From the NCBI RefSeq assembly GCF_009914755.1, contig NC_060925.1: a stretch of 64,000 bases of DNA, one strand, 5' to 3'. A program made the position numbers and the translations under genes. The notes below the pieces were generated by a model. It did not search any database. It saw only the letters and a list, made by a program, of their open reading frames with translations, and had not been told where the DNA came from. Below are positions 14,252-28,885 of the stretch, one piece after another (the first letter of the stretch is position 1; each line of letters starts with the position of its first letter). The DNA is from the human T2T-CHM13v2.0 reference genome, Homo sapiens.

Positions 14252-16952
14252 TTACAACTAAAAATGGTCTCAGCCTCTCCCAAAAGAATAAAAACAAAAG
14301 CCTGACCAGCTACTGCATCCCTACTATGCCTCCAGTTCTTTCTAAAGCCCAAGGATTAATTGTAAAGTTCACTGTTACTATTAGCCACATATGTAATAGT
14401 GGGGAAAATGGAGAGTAAAGAAGAGGAAACTGCAGTAAAATATACAAATACTTGACACTATCAGGAAGTAAGTAGATAGAGGCTATGATCTTCACTTCTG
14501 CATAACTGGTGTTTGTGGCTTCTCTTTATTATTCCATTTCAATGTTTGGCTTTGTTTTTGCCTTCAGCCAGCCCTTCACTGGTCACCCTGGTGGGTTGCC
14601 CCAATATTTAGTTTTGAGGGATATGAGCTCTTGGTATGTATGGGGCTGCAGAAGTTTTCCACTGATTTTACTACTAGATATGGCAGAAGTAGGAGCCACT
14701 GAGCGAGGGGCGGTTCCTAATTCTTACTACTGCATGCTCCCATTGTTGGCAATCCTATCTTTCTCTGACAATCAGGATCATATACCATGGTCAGTTTGGT
14801 GACTGCCTCTTTTCTTGTCCTGTTTTCTCAGGGGCATAAGGAATCTGAAATGACCAGATGGTCCAGTTCAGCATGATGGTTGTTGTGGCCCCTCGTGGAA
14901 GCATTCCTCCCCAAAGCGTAGCTTCCCCGCAAGTCACTAAACTAACAGATCCCCAAATTGTAGGAATGGAAAGCAAAAGTTATAAGTGAGGCACAAGAAG
15001 TGCAAATCTTTCTTCTATCCCTTGGCTCTGGATGCTTTATTCTGGCTATGACAGCAACAGAACCAAAAATTATTCCCCTATTGAGAGTATTTATTACTTT
15101 CTGTAGGATAATACCCCATCTTGTGAGGTGTTACCCTGCTGGCATGGGTAATGATTCTTCAACCCACCAGGACACTATTCTGTGAGTACAGTAGCTTCTA
15201 TTCATGGCCTTATTCTAAAACCAAATGAATCCCATGGGCATAAACCCATTGTCTGCCTTTCTTCCTCCCTCCCTCCCTGTCTTCCTTCCATCCTTTGCAA
15301 AGTGGACTTAAAACGGTACTGCTTGAAGTTTTGCTTCCTGTGCAAATATCCCTTCTCTATGGTTCCTGGGTGGAATTTCTGTCACAGTCCACCAGTCTGA
15401 GGTGTCTCCCATGTAACTGTAGGTATGTGTTACTGGAGGAGATGAATTATGGCAGGAGTGGGCATTGCGGGAGTGTGAGCAGCCTGCCTCTGCCACTTGC
15501 TTGTGCCTTATGAGCCTATAAGCTTGGTTCCACAGATGCTATTTTCATGTATGAGGGCCTGCTGCTGGGCTTGGCCAACTTTCTGGCCAGGTGGAAGACC
15601 TAACACTCAGTTCATGGTGTTCAGCTTGGGGTGAGGGCTTATCTTGTGTCCCACTTTCAGTTATTCAATTGCCAAAAGGGCCCAGTAGCAATCCAAAAGG
15701 TGCTTTATAAAAGGAGCATAATCATTTGCCAGATAGGTCCCAGATTCGCCCTTAGACTTCAAGGGCTTTTTATTGTGATTCTTGCTTGGAGGCTTGCTAT
15801 AGGTGCTGGACAGCATTCTAAGAAATACTGTTGGATCTGCTGGGTCATCATATACAAGCTGCACCACTGACTGCATTATGGCCTGAGCTGGGCAGAGATC
15901 CCCTTCTAGTGAGTACTCCACTCCAAGCTGGTAGTTTACTCCCCAAATGGGTTAACATAGCATATCCAAGTGTAGTATATGTTGCCACCAAAATTCCAAG
16001 GCTCAGCAATTATTGTGCCTCTTTCTAAGTGGTAGGAAGCACAAGGTACCTCAAATTAACATTCATTTTTGAGAGACTATTGCAAAATGTCTTCGAATGC
16101 TGGCACTTATGGAATTCACAGAAATAAAGTCTCTACATTTTCATAGGATTTTTTTTGTAGGATTTATGGCTTGCATGTGTCCTACCGAAAGCATCTATGG
16201 TACTTGCTGTTTCCTATGTTTTGGTCCTAACAACATGATGCAATTGACATAGTGAACTGATGTTCTGCCACCTGGGTTGGGAATATATTCAAGGTCCCTG
16301 TGGCTTAAATTATGACACAGACCAGGAGTTTTGATACTTCTTTGAGGCAGAAAAGGTGTATCTGTTCTTCTAGTATATGCTGTTTCTCCTAGGTGAAAGC
16401 AAACTTCTTCCAGTGTTTTCTGATACTAGGTATAGAAAAATATTTGTCATTATATACCAAGTCAGACATTGATGATTTACTTCTTGTAAGGAGCAAATTT
16501 AGAATAGCAGTTTGTGTTGGAGATAGCCCCTAATTCTCTTTCTTCAAAATCAACATCATCCCTCAACTGTCAAACACTGGTGATGACATTAGTGCCTAGA
16601 ATTCTCCCTCTTAATTCCCTGGTACCCAGTAAATAACATTCTTCCCAATTTGAGCTTAAAGCCCATTGAGAGATAGAAAGAGTAATCACATATTAAAACA
16701 CTGCTTTTATTGTTGAAAAATCTGGTTGGAGAATGTGGCTTTAGATCTGAGGCCAAGTGGGTTTGCTTATATCTCATTCCTAAATTTTGACTTCCTCCTG
16801 GTCATTGGCATAGCAGAACCACCACAGGTCTTGTCCTGCAGCTAGAACCTGCCACAGTAAACTCATGGCATGGAGAAGTAAAATCTATGTGTCCCTTTAG
16901 GCAGGCTAGTTTGAAAAAAGAGAAGGAAATAGTAGTCTAATTTCTTCCCCTA

Positions 16953-17433
<481 letters not shown>

Positions 17434-18245
17434 ATAACTGGATCCAGTTGTGCCCACTGTGAATAAATCTAACTACTCCTTCAACTTTGCATCCCTTGCT
17501 CTCATGCCTGACAGGTGGGCCTAGGTCATGTGTTTGTGCTGTGGCTTCCAAGGCATGCACTTATAGAACATCTTTCATCTTCAATTGTGATAGTAATAAG
17601 GAGGGCACTGTGTCTACTAACAGTATATATAATATATATATAAAGAAAGACTCCTCTGTAATAGGAATAGGGATTGAATACCAAGCAGCCAAAAAACTAA
17701 GCCATGGCCACTATACTCCCCAGAAGTGTGCATGTCTATACACTCCAGGACGGGGTGCTTCATCTGTGTGATCATCAAGGCAACTTCTGGTTGGCAGGTT
17801 CTGACCCACTTTGCTCACTCTTCCTATTTCCTTAGCACCTGGTGTACTAATTGCCAGCCCCATTGCCTGGAGATATGCTCTAGACTGGGTTTCAGAACTC
17901 TCCTTCAGGGCACACATTTTGACTTTGTCTCCTCGTAACTGGAGAAAAATTATTCTCCTTGGTCAACCTCAGCCTAAGGCTTTATAAGTCTCATGGAGAC
18001 TTGCTTCAGTTTTGTTCAGAAAACCAGCATTTACTGAGCCTTTGCTCTGTGTTCTCATGATCACGGGTGCTGAAGACACAGAGTGGGTCAAAAGTAGTAA
18101 GTACTCTTTAAATTCTTTCCATCTTGAGGGGTGAGGGCTCCCAATCTGTTGTTATTGTCTATTTTTCTGTCTAGATGTTGTAATAGACTGTGGGTGAAGG
18201 AAGACTTCATATGAGGAAACAGTTCATAATTTGGGATAGGGTGCT

Positions 18246-18997
<752 letters not shown>

Positions 18998-19799
18998 AGC
19001 ACTAAATTCTTAAGAGATGTCTTTCAACTTCATTTTCTTAAACCAAATGCATTTTTTTTTGTCTTTGAAGTGAAGAATACATTTTAGAAGCAGCTCCTCT
19101 TCTAAAGTTTTCTATCCTAGTTATTATCACTCTATAAAATTGTTTAAATGGAAGGTTCTACAGGCTGTATGTCTGGTAGAAAAATGTCCTCCAGTTAAAG
19201 GTGTGACCCGCTTCAAAGAAATTGAAGAAACTACTGGAATTCCAGCCCAGGAGGAAATAAAAAATTCCTTAATTGAAATACTAAGAGTCTCGGTAGGGTA
19301 GGGATCAGCAAATGGTAGGGCTTGTTTTTTGAAGTAACAAAAACAACAAAAAAATCCAAACAAATAAAATGCTGTTTACATTCAGGATATGGCCAACTTT
19401 CCATATAAAGAAAGAATTCTTCTAATATATTTGCTTCAATTCACATTTATGTTTTCGAGGATCTTATTATTTAGCAGTATAATAACATCTCACATTCGTA
19501 CAATGAATGGCAGTTTACTAAGGGGTCATATAATTAATTTGTGCCTTAAAATCATCATGAGAGAGGAAGACCAAAGAGATTCCCATTTTACATATAAGGA
19601 AACTGAGGCAGACTAGAGTGCTGAACGAACTTGCCTAAGATCAGAAAGCTGGTTAGCAATGGAGTTGAAAGCACTGGCTCTCTGGCAAAAAGTCATAGAT
19701 AATTCTGCAGGGCATGCTGGTAGAGGGTGTGGGCTTTTATTTTATTTTTTAATCCTTCATCCATCTTGAATAAGATAGAACAATTTCTAAATAAATAAA

Positions 19800-20215
19800 T
19801 CTGAGCCAGGACTTTACTAAGTGTTGGGGATACATAGTTACTGCCCCCAAATCCGCAAATAATTTCACAGGAGGTGATACTCCCACAAGTCTAAGTGTTG
19901 AGTAGAGAGATGCTGGGGTGCCAAGGATTCCACAGAGGGGCTGATTTCAACTGCTGAGGGAGAGGGGATGGGTCAACACAGGCTTCACGAGTTCGGGGAC
20001 CCAAGCTGAGTCTTGCAGGACAAGGAGAGTTAAACCAGGTGAGATGGGAGGTGGAGGTGGGGCTGATGTTTGCATGCAGGGGAAAGTGCATGGGCAAAGG
20101 TATGGCAGAATAGCCAGTGATGAGGCAGGACTGATAAGCAGCATGAAAACCTGTGTCTTGGACTTCACTTAGAGGGCCATGGAAGGTATTATAGAAAGTG
20201 AGACAGAAGGTTATT
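19800..20215 (-). mobile_element. L2 fragment
   Basis: gtgttggggatacatag...aagctgagtcttgcagga...gcatgggcaaaggtatggcag. Confidence 0.55.
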
Positions 20216-20220
20216 TTAAA

Positions 20221-20456
20221 CCATTGACCCAACTAAGGATGATTTGCCTCTTTCTCTCCCCCACCTCTGCTGGGACATTTGGCAACATCTGGAGACATTT
20301 TTGGTTGTCACAATGGTGAGGGGGAAGTTGCTACTGGTATCTTGTGGGTAGAGGCCAAGAGCATTGCTATACATTCTCCATTGCACAGGACAGCCTCCTA
20401 CAACAAAGGAATGATCTGGCCGAAAGTATCAACAGTGCCAAGGTTGAGAAGCCCTG
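20221..20456 (+). mobile_element. MER20
   Basis: gggacatttggcaacatctggagacatttttggttgtcacaa...gtgccaaggttgagaagccctg. Confidence 0.88.
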
Positions 20457-20689
20457 TTTTAAACAAGGGAATGATATGTCTGATTTGTTTTTCTCTTTTG
20501 GAGACAAATTATAAATTTTTCTAGGAGCTAGGGAATTGCTAAGTGACTCAGCAGCTTTGTTTATTTTGAACGTTCTTCCTTCTATAATAGACTGAATATA
20601 TGGTATTTTCATTTTCTGTTTTGTTTTTATTCTTCTGTATTCTCTATAGAGGGTACTTGATGTGATCCTAGTCTAGGTGAATGGCATCC

Positions 20690-20740
20690 CCTAGAGTTGT
20701 GCAGTGCACAAACTGCACAAAGTCCACATGGCAGGCTTGA
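20690..20740. mobile_element. MER91-like hAT terminal fragment
   Basis: gttgtgcagtgcacaaactgcacaa..catggcagg. Confidence 0.45.
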
Positions 20741-21739
20741 TGGGAACTGTGATCCTTGAGAAGTCATTCAATGAATACCTGGCTGAGTGGAGTGACCTTA
20801 ATAGAGTAGCCTTTAAAATTAATCACCCAAGTAGTACTTCTTTTTAGTGTCCAGCACAGCCTGGCAGAGGAGTTCAGAATTTGAGGAATGATTGAACAAA
20901 TGAAGGGATGATTGAGCAGCCCAAAGAATGGGAAAACTAATTGGATACCAGGTGATGCCGAAGGAGAAACTTGCCATTAAAAATCCCAGCAAGGTATCCT
21001 ACCAAATTTCTGGAGTGCATTGGAGTGGAAACAAACAGCCCTGTGCCAGGGTCCTCTTGGCTGACACTTCAGAATCCTGCCTCGTGAGGGGCCCCTGGAG
21101 TAGAGGCTGGGTTTAGACTCTGGAAAATTACTAGGTTTTCTGGTCTCCTGGGTCCTCTGCTGCCTTATCAGTGAAGCTTTGTCAGTGTTTCCATCATAAA
21201 CCCTGGGTGTGGGGCGAAGTGGCCTATAAAATCTGAATCTGGGCCAAAGCTGGCAGGCACAGAGCCTGTTAAGATGCAATTAGTTTGTCTCAGGGAGTCT
21301 TCGGTTGGCTTCTTTGCTTAATTGGGAGAGCACAACCAAGAAATACAGAGGTTTGGTGTGCCTTCTGTCTCTAAGGACAGACACAGAAAGGTTTCTGTTG
21401 CAGGGAAGAAAATCGGGCCAGTCTCTAACACAGAGCTCTGGGAAGTAGAGGTTTGAAGAGGGTTGCCCACCAGAAGCTAGGAAATACATCTGGACAGGTG
21501 CCAAAGGCAGCTCTGTGCCCCAGGCCAGCCCATGCTCCTCTAGATCTTTCCCTATGGTTAACTTACATGATCCTTAAGGTCTACTTTTATACCTAGGTGA
21601 GGATGTTCTGGGATGGTCACAGCAAAATAAAATGATTGTTTAAAGCCATGCTTCACATTTAAGCCTCCCTCACTCCATGGTGACATTCATTCATCATTTC
21701 ATTTATCACCTATTATTACTTCTTTGTTCAGGCTGAACA

Positions 21740-21975
21740 ACAGTAGGGAATTATAAAGGAATCAGACCTGGCCCTAAATACAGGCATTGTCCCTTGCTTG
21801 AGTTACACAGTAGTAAAACCACCAACCTCTTGGAGCCTTAGTTTCCTTACTTTTAAAGTTGAGAAGAAAATACCTAATTTATGGCATAGTGATGAAATTT
21901 AAATGATACATAATTTGTAAAAAGACCATAACACTATGTCTGGCCCCCCCCAAAAAGTGTTCCTTAAATAGTACT
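21740..21975 (+). mobile_element. MIR SINE
   Basis: aacctcttggagccttagtttccttacttttaaag...gatgaaatttaaatgata. Confidence 0.6.
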
Positions 21976-24688
21976 TTATGCCACTAGTAATAGTACTACT
22001 ACAATAATAACAAGGTAATAAATGCTGTCCTTGGAGTATATACAATGCTGTAAAAACTCAAAGGTATGAGTGTCTGAGGGTGGGTGGAGGTGAGAGAGGA
22101 GTCAAGGAAGACTTCATGGAGGAGGTGACATGACCTGAGACCTGAAAAATGGATTATGAGTTTTCCAGGCAGAGAAGAGAACAAAAACCTTTCCTGTTAG
22201 CAAGAACAGCCTATGCACAACTATTGAGTGTGCATGGTCAGTGTGGGGGCAAGGGGATGCCTGTTTGCTATCTGCTCACAGGGTACAGGGTGGGAGGAGG
22301 TATGGAGTGGGGATGATCTTCTGGCCTCACTGTGAACCTGCACTGATTGAACCAATCCATTCTTCCTCTCCTCCTCCCTCTTCCCTTTCTCATGTCTGCT
22401 TTTAGAACATTTTCTTACATGCAGATTCGTTAATGCATAGGTAAGTTTCATGAGGGAAGGAACTTGCCCTGGGTCACATGGTGAGTCCCAGCACCAGGAT
22501 CTGAGCTCAGCACTCTCCCGTGGAGGCTGTGGCTTTTTCTTAGCTCCTCTTTCTCCATCAGAGCTGACTGTCCACCTGTCAGATCTGCTCATCTTTCCAC
22601 CCCAATCCTCTGCCTCACTCCCTACCCTGCCTGGCCAGAGGGTTCACTCCTGTAAAGCTCTATTAAAAATCTTTTATGACACCTTAGTGCAGCCTCCCAT
22701 CTACCCTATACCATATGCGGGCTTGTTAATTCCTTAGAGGTATACTTATGGCACAACTTTGAGACAAAGGCACAGGTACCCAGGGAACAGCTGCTTTCAC
22801 TCTGGAAAAATGCCGATAGGTGTCTACTTTCCAGAGAAGGGGCAGGATCAGCAGAGAGTTGGAAGCATGCAAGGGAACAAACATCTTGAACACCTACTAT
22901 TGCTGAAGACTGTGCTGGGGACTCTTACAGCTGAAACTTGGGTTCAAATCCTGACCATGTTACTAAATATCCCAGGCAAATTACTCACATTTCCCAAATC
23001 TCTTTTTCTTCATGTGTAAAATGGATAGTAATGCCGACCTATTCCAGAAAAGGAAGATCAAATCCCCTAGCTGCCTTTGAGAGTCTAAGATTTGAATATT
23101 CCCTCTTATCTGCTTAGATTTGGAAGAGACTCTTAGGTTGAACACATGATTCCTTTGTTCATCAGTTGAATTATCTCACTGAAGCTGTGGGGAGTGGGAG
23201 AAGAACACTGGCCCTGGAGTCAGGGCTAGAAGCCTGATGCTCTGTCTGCCAACTTGGGAAGGTCTTTATCAGAAGAGAAAATGGATTCCAAGGGGAGCAG
23301 CCCCTGCTTGCTCCTTAATGTGCCTGGGAAAGGGGATGCTCAGGCGCAGTGAAGAGACCCACTCAGGTTAAATAAACAGCCTGGAAAAGCTGGAGAGACA
23401 GGAAAAATACCCCAGAAGCCTCCTCCTTCCTCAGAGCCGGGTTTGTGTCATCTGTTCCTGGGAGGGGCACACCTTCAGGGAAGGAGCCCTGGACTTGGAG
23501 TTAGCAGATTCTACCGCCTACCAGCTGGGTGTCCATAAGCAAGTCACTTAACCCCTAAGTTTTCCTCATATGCCATACAACATTCATGTTAATTTCTGGA
23601 GGGAAGAATGCTCCGGAACACAGTGAACAGTGTGTAAATCCTACCCCCAAATACCCTTTTCCCCAAGGATTGCCACCCAGCCCCAGGGCACAGCTCAATA
23701 AAGTTTCCATAAAACTCAGCTTCTCTGAGTCCAGCTTCAGAAATTACAGAGAGTTGATTCATCACATTGTTTGAATTATGTCAATATGAAAATACAGAAA
23801 ACCCACAGGGAGTCAGCCTTTTCCCATATATAAAACAGGGTTACAATCCCGTATAAACTTTTAAAAGATAATAGTTTGTATCATATGCATATGATTGAAA
23901 AAATAAAAGGAAAGAACAAGAAAAGAAAAAAGTACACATTGGCAAACAATGTAATTCAGGCCGACACCCTGGCTTGGGACTCCCCCTTGCCCTTCTCCTG
24001 CTCTTCATTCCTCATCTCCGTAACATCCCCCATCAGTGCCCTGGCAGCAGTAGGCTGGGGCTTTTCTGTGGCTTCAGAGTCCTGCTGCCTCCTCAGGATC
24101 CCTGAATTCATCCACTCTTCCCCATCTCCACCGTCACAGCCCACACCTGGGCACCAACATCCCTGACTTGGACCATGGACCACCTTGCAATGAATTGCAT
24201 TATGTCCACTGAGGCTGCAGTGAGGAGGATAAATGCGGGTAAGAAGCAAGTTGGGGCACATTAATCTGTGCATGTCTGTCCCCAGAGAAGACCTTGAAGA
24301 GGCCCTTTGGAGGTGTCAGGATGGAGGTGGAGCCCTTGGACAGCTCTGCCCAGCTCCCCACCCTCATGATCCACCCCTCCTGCTGCTTCTCCTTTACTCT
24401 CTCCTCTGCCCTGAATTGCTCCTCTCTGCTCTCTCTGCCTGCAAAGTTCTACCCTCTAAACTCCCCTGACCCTATTTTACTCCCGCTGTGCTGTGACTAC
24501 CCTACTTCTCTTCCCCACCTCAACCCAGGTCAACTCCTTTTGCACTATGTTACCTCTCTCCCTTACACAACAAAGAAGTGATTGTAAATCTGATGAACCT
24601 GTTTTCACCTCCAAGCTGTGAGTTCCACAAGTGCAATGACTAAACTTGTTTTGTTTCATCCTCATATCTTCAATCTTAATAAAGAGAC

Positions 24689-24975
24689 TTTGTTTTTTTG
24701 AATACAGAGTCCTCCTCTGTTGCCCAGGCTGGAGTGGCATAATCTCGGCTCACTGCAGCCTCCACCACCTGGGTTCAAGCAATGCTCGTGCCTCAGTCTC
24801 CCAAGTAGCTGGGATTGCAGGTGCACCACCATACCTGGCTAATTTTTGTATTTTTAGTAGAGATGGGGTTTTGCCATGTTGCCCAGCCTGGTCTGGAACT
24901 CCTGGGCCCAAGTGATCTGCCCGCTTTGGCCTCCCAAAGTGCTGGGATTACAGGTGTGAGCCACCACGCCTGGCC
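24689..24975 (-). mobile_element. AluJb-like
   Basis: Antisense dimer with TSD TAAAG(A/T)GACTTT. Confidence 0.93.
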
Positions 24976-25642
24976 TTAAAGTGACTTTTTACATGGTTGA
25001 CACTGAAACAATATTTGCTGAGTTGTGATGATAAACATCTAGCCCATTCTCGGTTCTGTCACTATTGATGCCCAAAGTTACTTCAAGACAACCCTACAAC
25101 CATTCTCACCTGTAAAATGGGTACAATAATAACTACTTTGTGGTGGCATTATGAGAATCAGAGAAAAATTTGTAAAGTGCGCTTCACATACTTATTGATT
25201 TCATTTATGGAATGCCTACTCTTATTTTGAGGGTTTGAGGACAGAAAAATAATAATTTTTTTTCTAACACTGTGACCACCAGTCATGATGAATTTTTCAA
25301 CATGGGCTAATGCCCACCAGAGATGCACAATAGCAAGTTCTTGGATCAGAGTTCTGTTTACACTTGGATGGTGAAGGAATATCAGTTGTTAGTTTTCAAA
25401 TGAGACCTCCTCTTGGATGGCAGCACATGAAAGAATTGCCTGGGCACGGGTCCAAGGTTCTGTATGCAACATGTGTGGATGTTCAAATACAATTTCATTT
25501 ATGCATGACCCCACCTGTCAAGATCCCACATCCAAATTAAAAATACAAAAGATTAGCTTTTATGGCAAAGAGAATGATAATAATTTGACAATATTAGTAT
25601 TTGAAGTGATAATTTATGATAAAGAGAATAATTATGTACCAT

Positions 25643-25774
25643 ATTAATTACAGTCATGTAATTAATTGCATTAATTACAGTCATGTAATTAATTGCATTA
25701 ATTACAGTCATGTAATTAATTGCATTAATTACAGTCATGTAATTAATTGCATTAATTACAGATGCTTAATTACA
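25643..25774. repeat. 27-bp palindromic minisatellite, 4.4 perfect copies
   Basis: ATTAATTACAGTCATGTAATTAATTGC at 25643, 25670, 25697 and 25724, plus a partial copy at 25751. Confidence 0.97.
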
Positions 25775-26083
25775 TGTCCATGGGTTTCTTGTCTGAGGAG
25801 TCAACCAACAACAAATAAAAAATATTTGGAAAAAAACAAAAAAACAATATAACAAGAAAATACAAATAAACAACTAATAGTGAATAACAACCATTTACAT
25901 AACATTTACACTTAACTAGGTATTATAAGTAATCTAGAGATGATTTAAAGTATACAGGAGGATGTGCATAGATTCTATGCAAACACTATGCCATTTGATA
26001 TAAGGGGTTTGAACATCTGTGGATTTTGGTATCTGTGGGTGGTTCCTGGAACCAATCCTCCCTGGATACTGAATGATGGACTG
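25775..26083 (-). mobile_element. MER2 (TcMar-Tigger non-autonomous element)
   Basis: tccatgggtt..tcaaccaac, taggtattataagtaatctagagatgatttaaagtatacaggaggatgtgcatag, ggattttggtatc..ctggaaccaatcc..gactg followed by TA. Confidence 0.88.
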
Positions 26084-27029
26084 TATTCCTTCCCCTTCTG
26101 TCCTTACATGGTCAACATTTTGTAGGGAACAGCAAAGGTGGTTTAAGATAAGACTCTCCTGGACAAGCACTGGAGAATTCTCTGGTTGCCAATCTTCTTA
26201 CGAAAGCCTCCTAGAATTTTGGATTTAGGTGAAGCATTTCAGATGGTATCTTAAGGAATTCTTGGCAAAGTGTGTTGGCAGGTGACCTACAGGCTTGAAG
26301 ATTAAAAACAGACTAAAAGATTATTAAGAGACTCCCTCCCAATGGCACACAATGTTGTAGTTTAAACTGTGCCCACGTACATTATCTTGTGTAATTTTGA
26401 TGCAAAACTCTTATACGGTACAAGCTGGGATTATCCAACCCATTTTACAGGTGAGGAAAGGGGCTCATAAATTTGCCCAAGGTTGATCAGCTAGTGAATG
26501 GCGCTTCCAGGACTTAGCCTTGGTTTTCTCTCTCAAAGCCTTCTTTTTATTGTCTTACATTTACTTTCCTCAGGCAGGGCTGTGTTCCGAGTCCTTACTC
26601 TTAGCCCTGCCTTGTCTCTCAGTCTGGAGGTCTGAGGAGGGAGGGCTGCTTTGTACCTTCCCCACCCTTCTGTCCCTGTGAGTCCTGGTCTCCTGAAGTC
26701 TGCCCTGCCCACTTACCCAAGGAGAGCTCATCAGTCTTCTTCCATACTTGTTCTCATAGCACTTGTTCATCAAGCATGCTTTTGTGTAACAAATAGGTGC
26801 AGGGCAGTGTGGTTTGAGCCACAGAAAAATAACTTATCTATTTGTAAGTTTCTGCTTAATAACATGGTGTCAAAGGAGGGTGCTAGGTGGGGATGTGTCC
26901 ACAATAATTAAAATCATTCTATGGACTTTATTTCTCATAACTGTGCACAGTAAGTATTCTTTTCCCTGTTTTATGGATAATGCAGTGCATTACAGGAAAA
27001 AGCAGATCCTGTCTGCATAGGGAAAGAGA

Positions 27030-27225
27030 CTAGAGCATTTATTAAGTGCCTAGTATGTGCTAGTATTTTGCATATTTACAACTTATTAAATCCTCAAAAC
27101 ATCCTACGGAAGAAGATAGAAGTGATCCCATTCTACAGGTGAGGAAATGGAAGTTTAGCAAAGTGAAATAGCACGTTCATTTACCAAATAAGTGATAAAG
27201 CCCAAAGCCCATGATCTGGCCTAGG
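27030..27225 (-). mobile_element. MIR SINE
   Basis: gcatttattaagtgcctagtatgtgc...cccattctacaggtgaggaaatggaag. Confidence 0.7.
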
Positions 27226-28189
27226 CTGAAATTTCAGGAAACTGCCCCCAAACAGAAATTTCTGCCCACAGGGCCTGTCTGATGAGAGGAGGTCAATCCA
27301 GACTAGAACAGCCCAGCAATCAGAGTACAGCCGGCAACTTTTAGACAAGGAAGAAGCCAGGGAATTAAGAGGTGTCAAACAAATAGGAAACAATTGGGAT
27401 GTAATTATAAGGAAAATGCAGGCAAAATTCCAGGAAGCCAAACTCTTATAGAGTTGTTTACAAGGGAAGTAGTGGGAAAGCCATGCTCTGGCCTGAAAAC
27501 CACATGTTCTGGAGAAAAATATCACATAGAATCACAGAAACCGTTTCAGGAAAAGGGCTTTCATTTATTTAGTTGATCAGTTCAGGCTTATTGAGCCTCT
27601 ACCATGAACCTGTCCTCTCCTTGGCACTGCAGATTCAAAGTTGAAGAAGACTCAGTTTCTGCCCTCAAGTCACACATGGTTGAAAGGTCATGGAGAAAGA
27701 GGACACGTGTTACCATGGAGCACTGTGTGCCTACCAGAAAGTGCAAAATCTGAGGAATCACAGAGGATGGAACAACTCTGGGAAACCTGGAAAATCAGAG
27801 AAGACTACACAGAGTGGGTGACCCTTATAGGAGGAGAAGGCGTTCTCCAAATTAAGATGTGGGCAGAGCACATTCGAGGCAGAAGGATGAACACAGGCAA
27901 AGACAAAAAAGCAGGACTGTGGATGGCAAATTCAGGGACAGTGGGCAGCCATGGATTAGGTGCATGAAAAAATATATAATGTGGCTTTTCTGACTCTAAT
28001 GCCAGTGTCACCCAGTCCTATGCTTGGAACACAGAGCACAGATGGCACAAACAGAGGCTGCTAAAAGAATGGCAAAGTATACAATGGAGAATCAAGCCCT
28101 TTGCTGCCGATTGATTTCCATTGAGCATTTCATTTCATCCGATGTTTCAATCAGTGCCACTGCAAGGAAACCCTTCAGTTAGGATGCAG

Positions 28190-28370
28190 TGAGGCAGGTA
28201 AGAACAGTGGCCTCTGGAGTCAGCATACCTGTGTCAGAACTTGGCTCTGTGGTTTACCAGTTGTATCATCTAGACTCTCTGTGCTTCACTTTCTTCATCT
28301 GTCAAATGGAGATAACGATGTACGTACCAATCTCCTGGGACTGTTGTGGAGATTAAACTCGTGTTTATAT
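28190..28370 (+). mobile_element. MIR SINE
   Basis: ctctggagtcag..ttggctctgtggtttaccag..ctctctgtgcttcactttcttcatctgtcaaatggag. Confidence 0.7.
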
Positions 28371-28689
28371 TAAGCTATGTAATCTCCCTATCCAGGTCTT
28401 TTTGAATTTAATGGAATAAAAGAAGGACTGATTCTGCATATTTGTTTACAGTTCATGCCCAACCTTCTGAGGCACGGAGGATAAGTACTTGAATGATACA
28501 TCGGAGATCTTCTAGTCTAACTTTCTGGGTTTGGAAATTTGGCCAGATTACTGTGTGATCTTGGACAAGTCTCTGAACGGCAATACCTGTCCTTCATGCC
28601 CTAGAGACCATGTGTGACCTAAAGCATCTGGTAGCAGTAGTGACTAATGGCCCCACAAAGTTTGGAGAATGAAACAGGCCCTGTTGTGT

Positions 28690-28885
28690 TCTACAAATAT
28701 TAACTTGTTAACCTCTCCCAACAATCTCATGAGGCAGATACTATTATCACTTACATTTTACCAATAAAGAAACTGAGACAAAGAGAAGTTAAATGATTCT
28801 CCCCAACATCACACAGTTAGTACATGGTAGAGGCAAGATCTGAACCCTGGCAGTCTGATTCCAGAGCTGTGGGCTCCTCCACTCT
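28690..28885 (-). mobile_element. MIR SINE
   Basis: caacaatctcatgaggcagatactattatc..cattttac..gaaactgag..gaaccctggcagtctgattccagagc. Confidence 0.75.

Noticed and set aside
23880-23895. 16-bp palindrome ATCATATGCATATGAT
   Set aside because: A single short AT-rich palindrome is near chance expectation for 64 kb, and there is no supporting context.
23956-24273. 105-aa minus-strand ORF with a charged C-terminus
   Set aside because: No recognisable domain and no convincing splice context. The length is compatible with chance in GC-richer DNA.
25643-25774. CRISPR-like array, or the repetitive ORFs MTVINAINY / INYSHVINC
   Set aside because: The units are head to tail with no unique spacers, there are no cas genes and the context is primate. 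The ORFs exist only because the period (27) is a multiple of 3.
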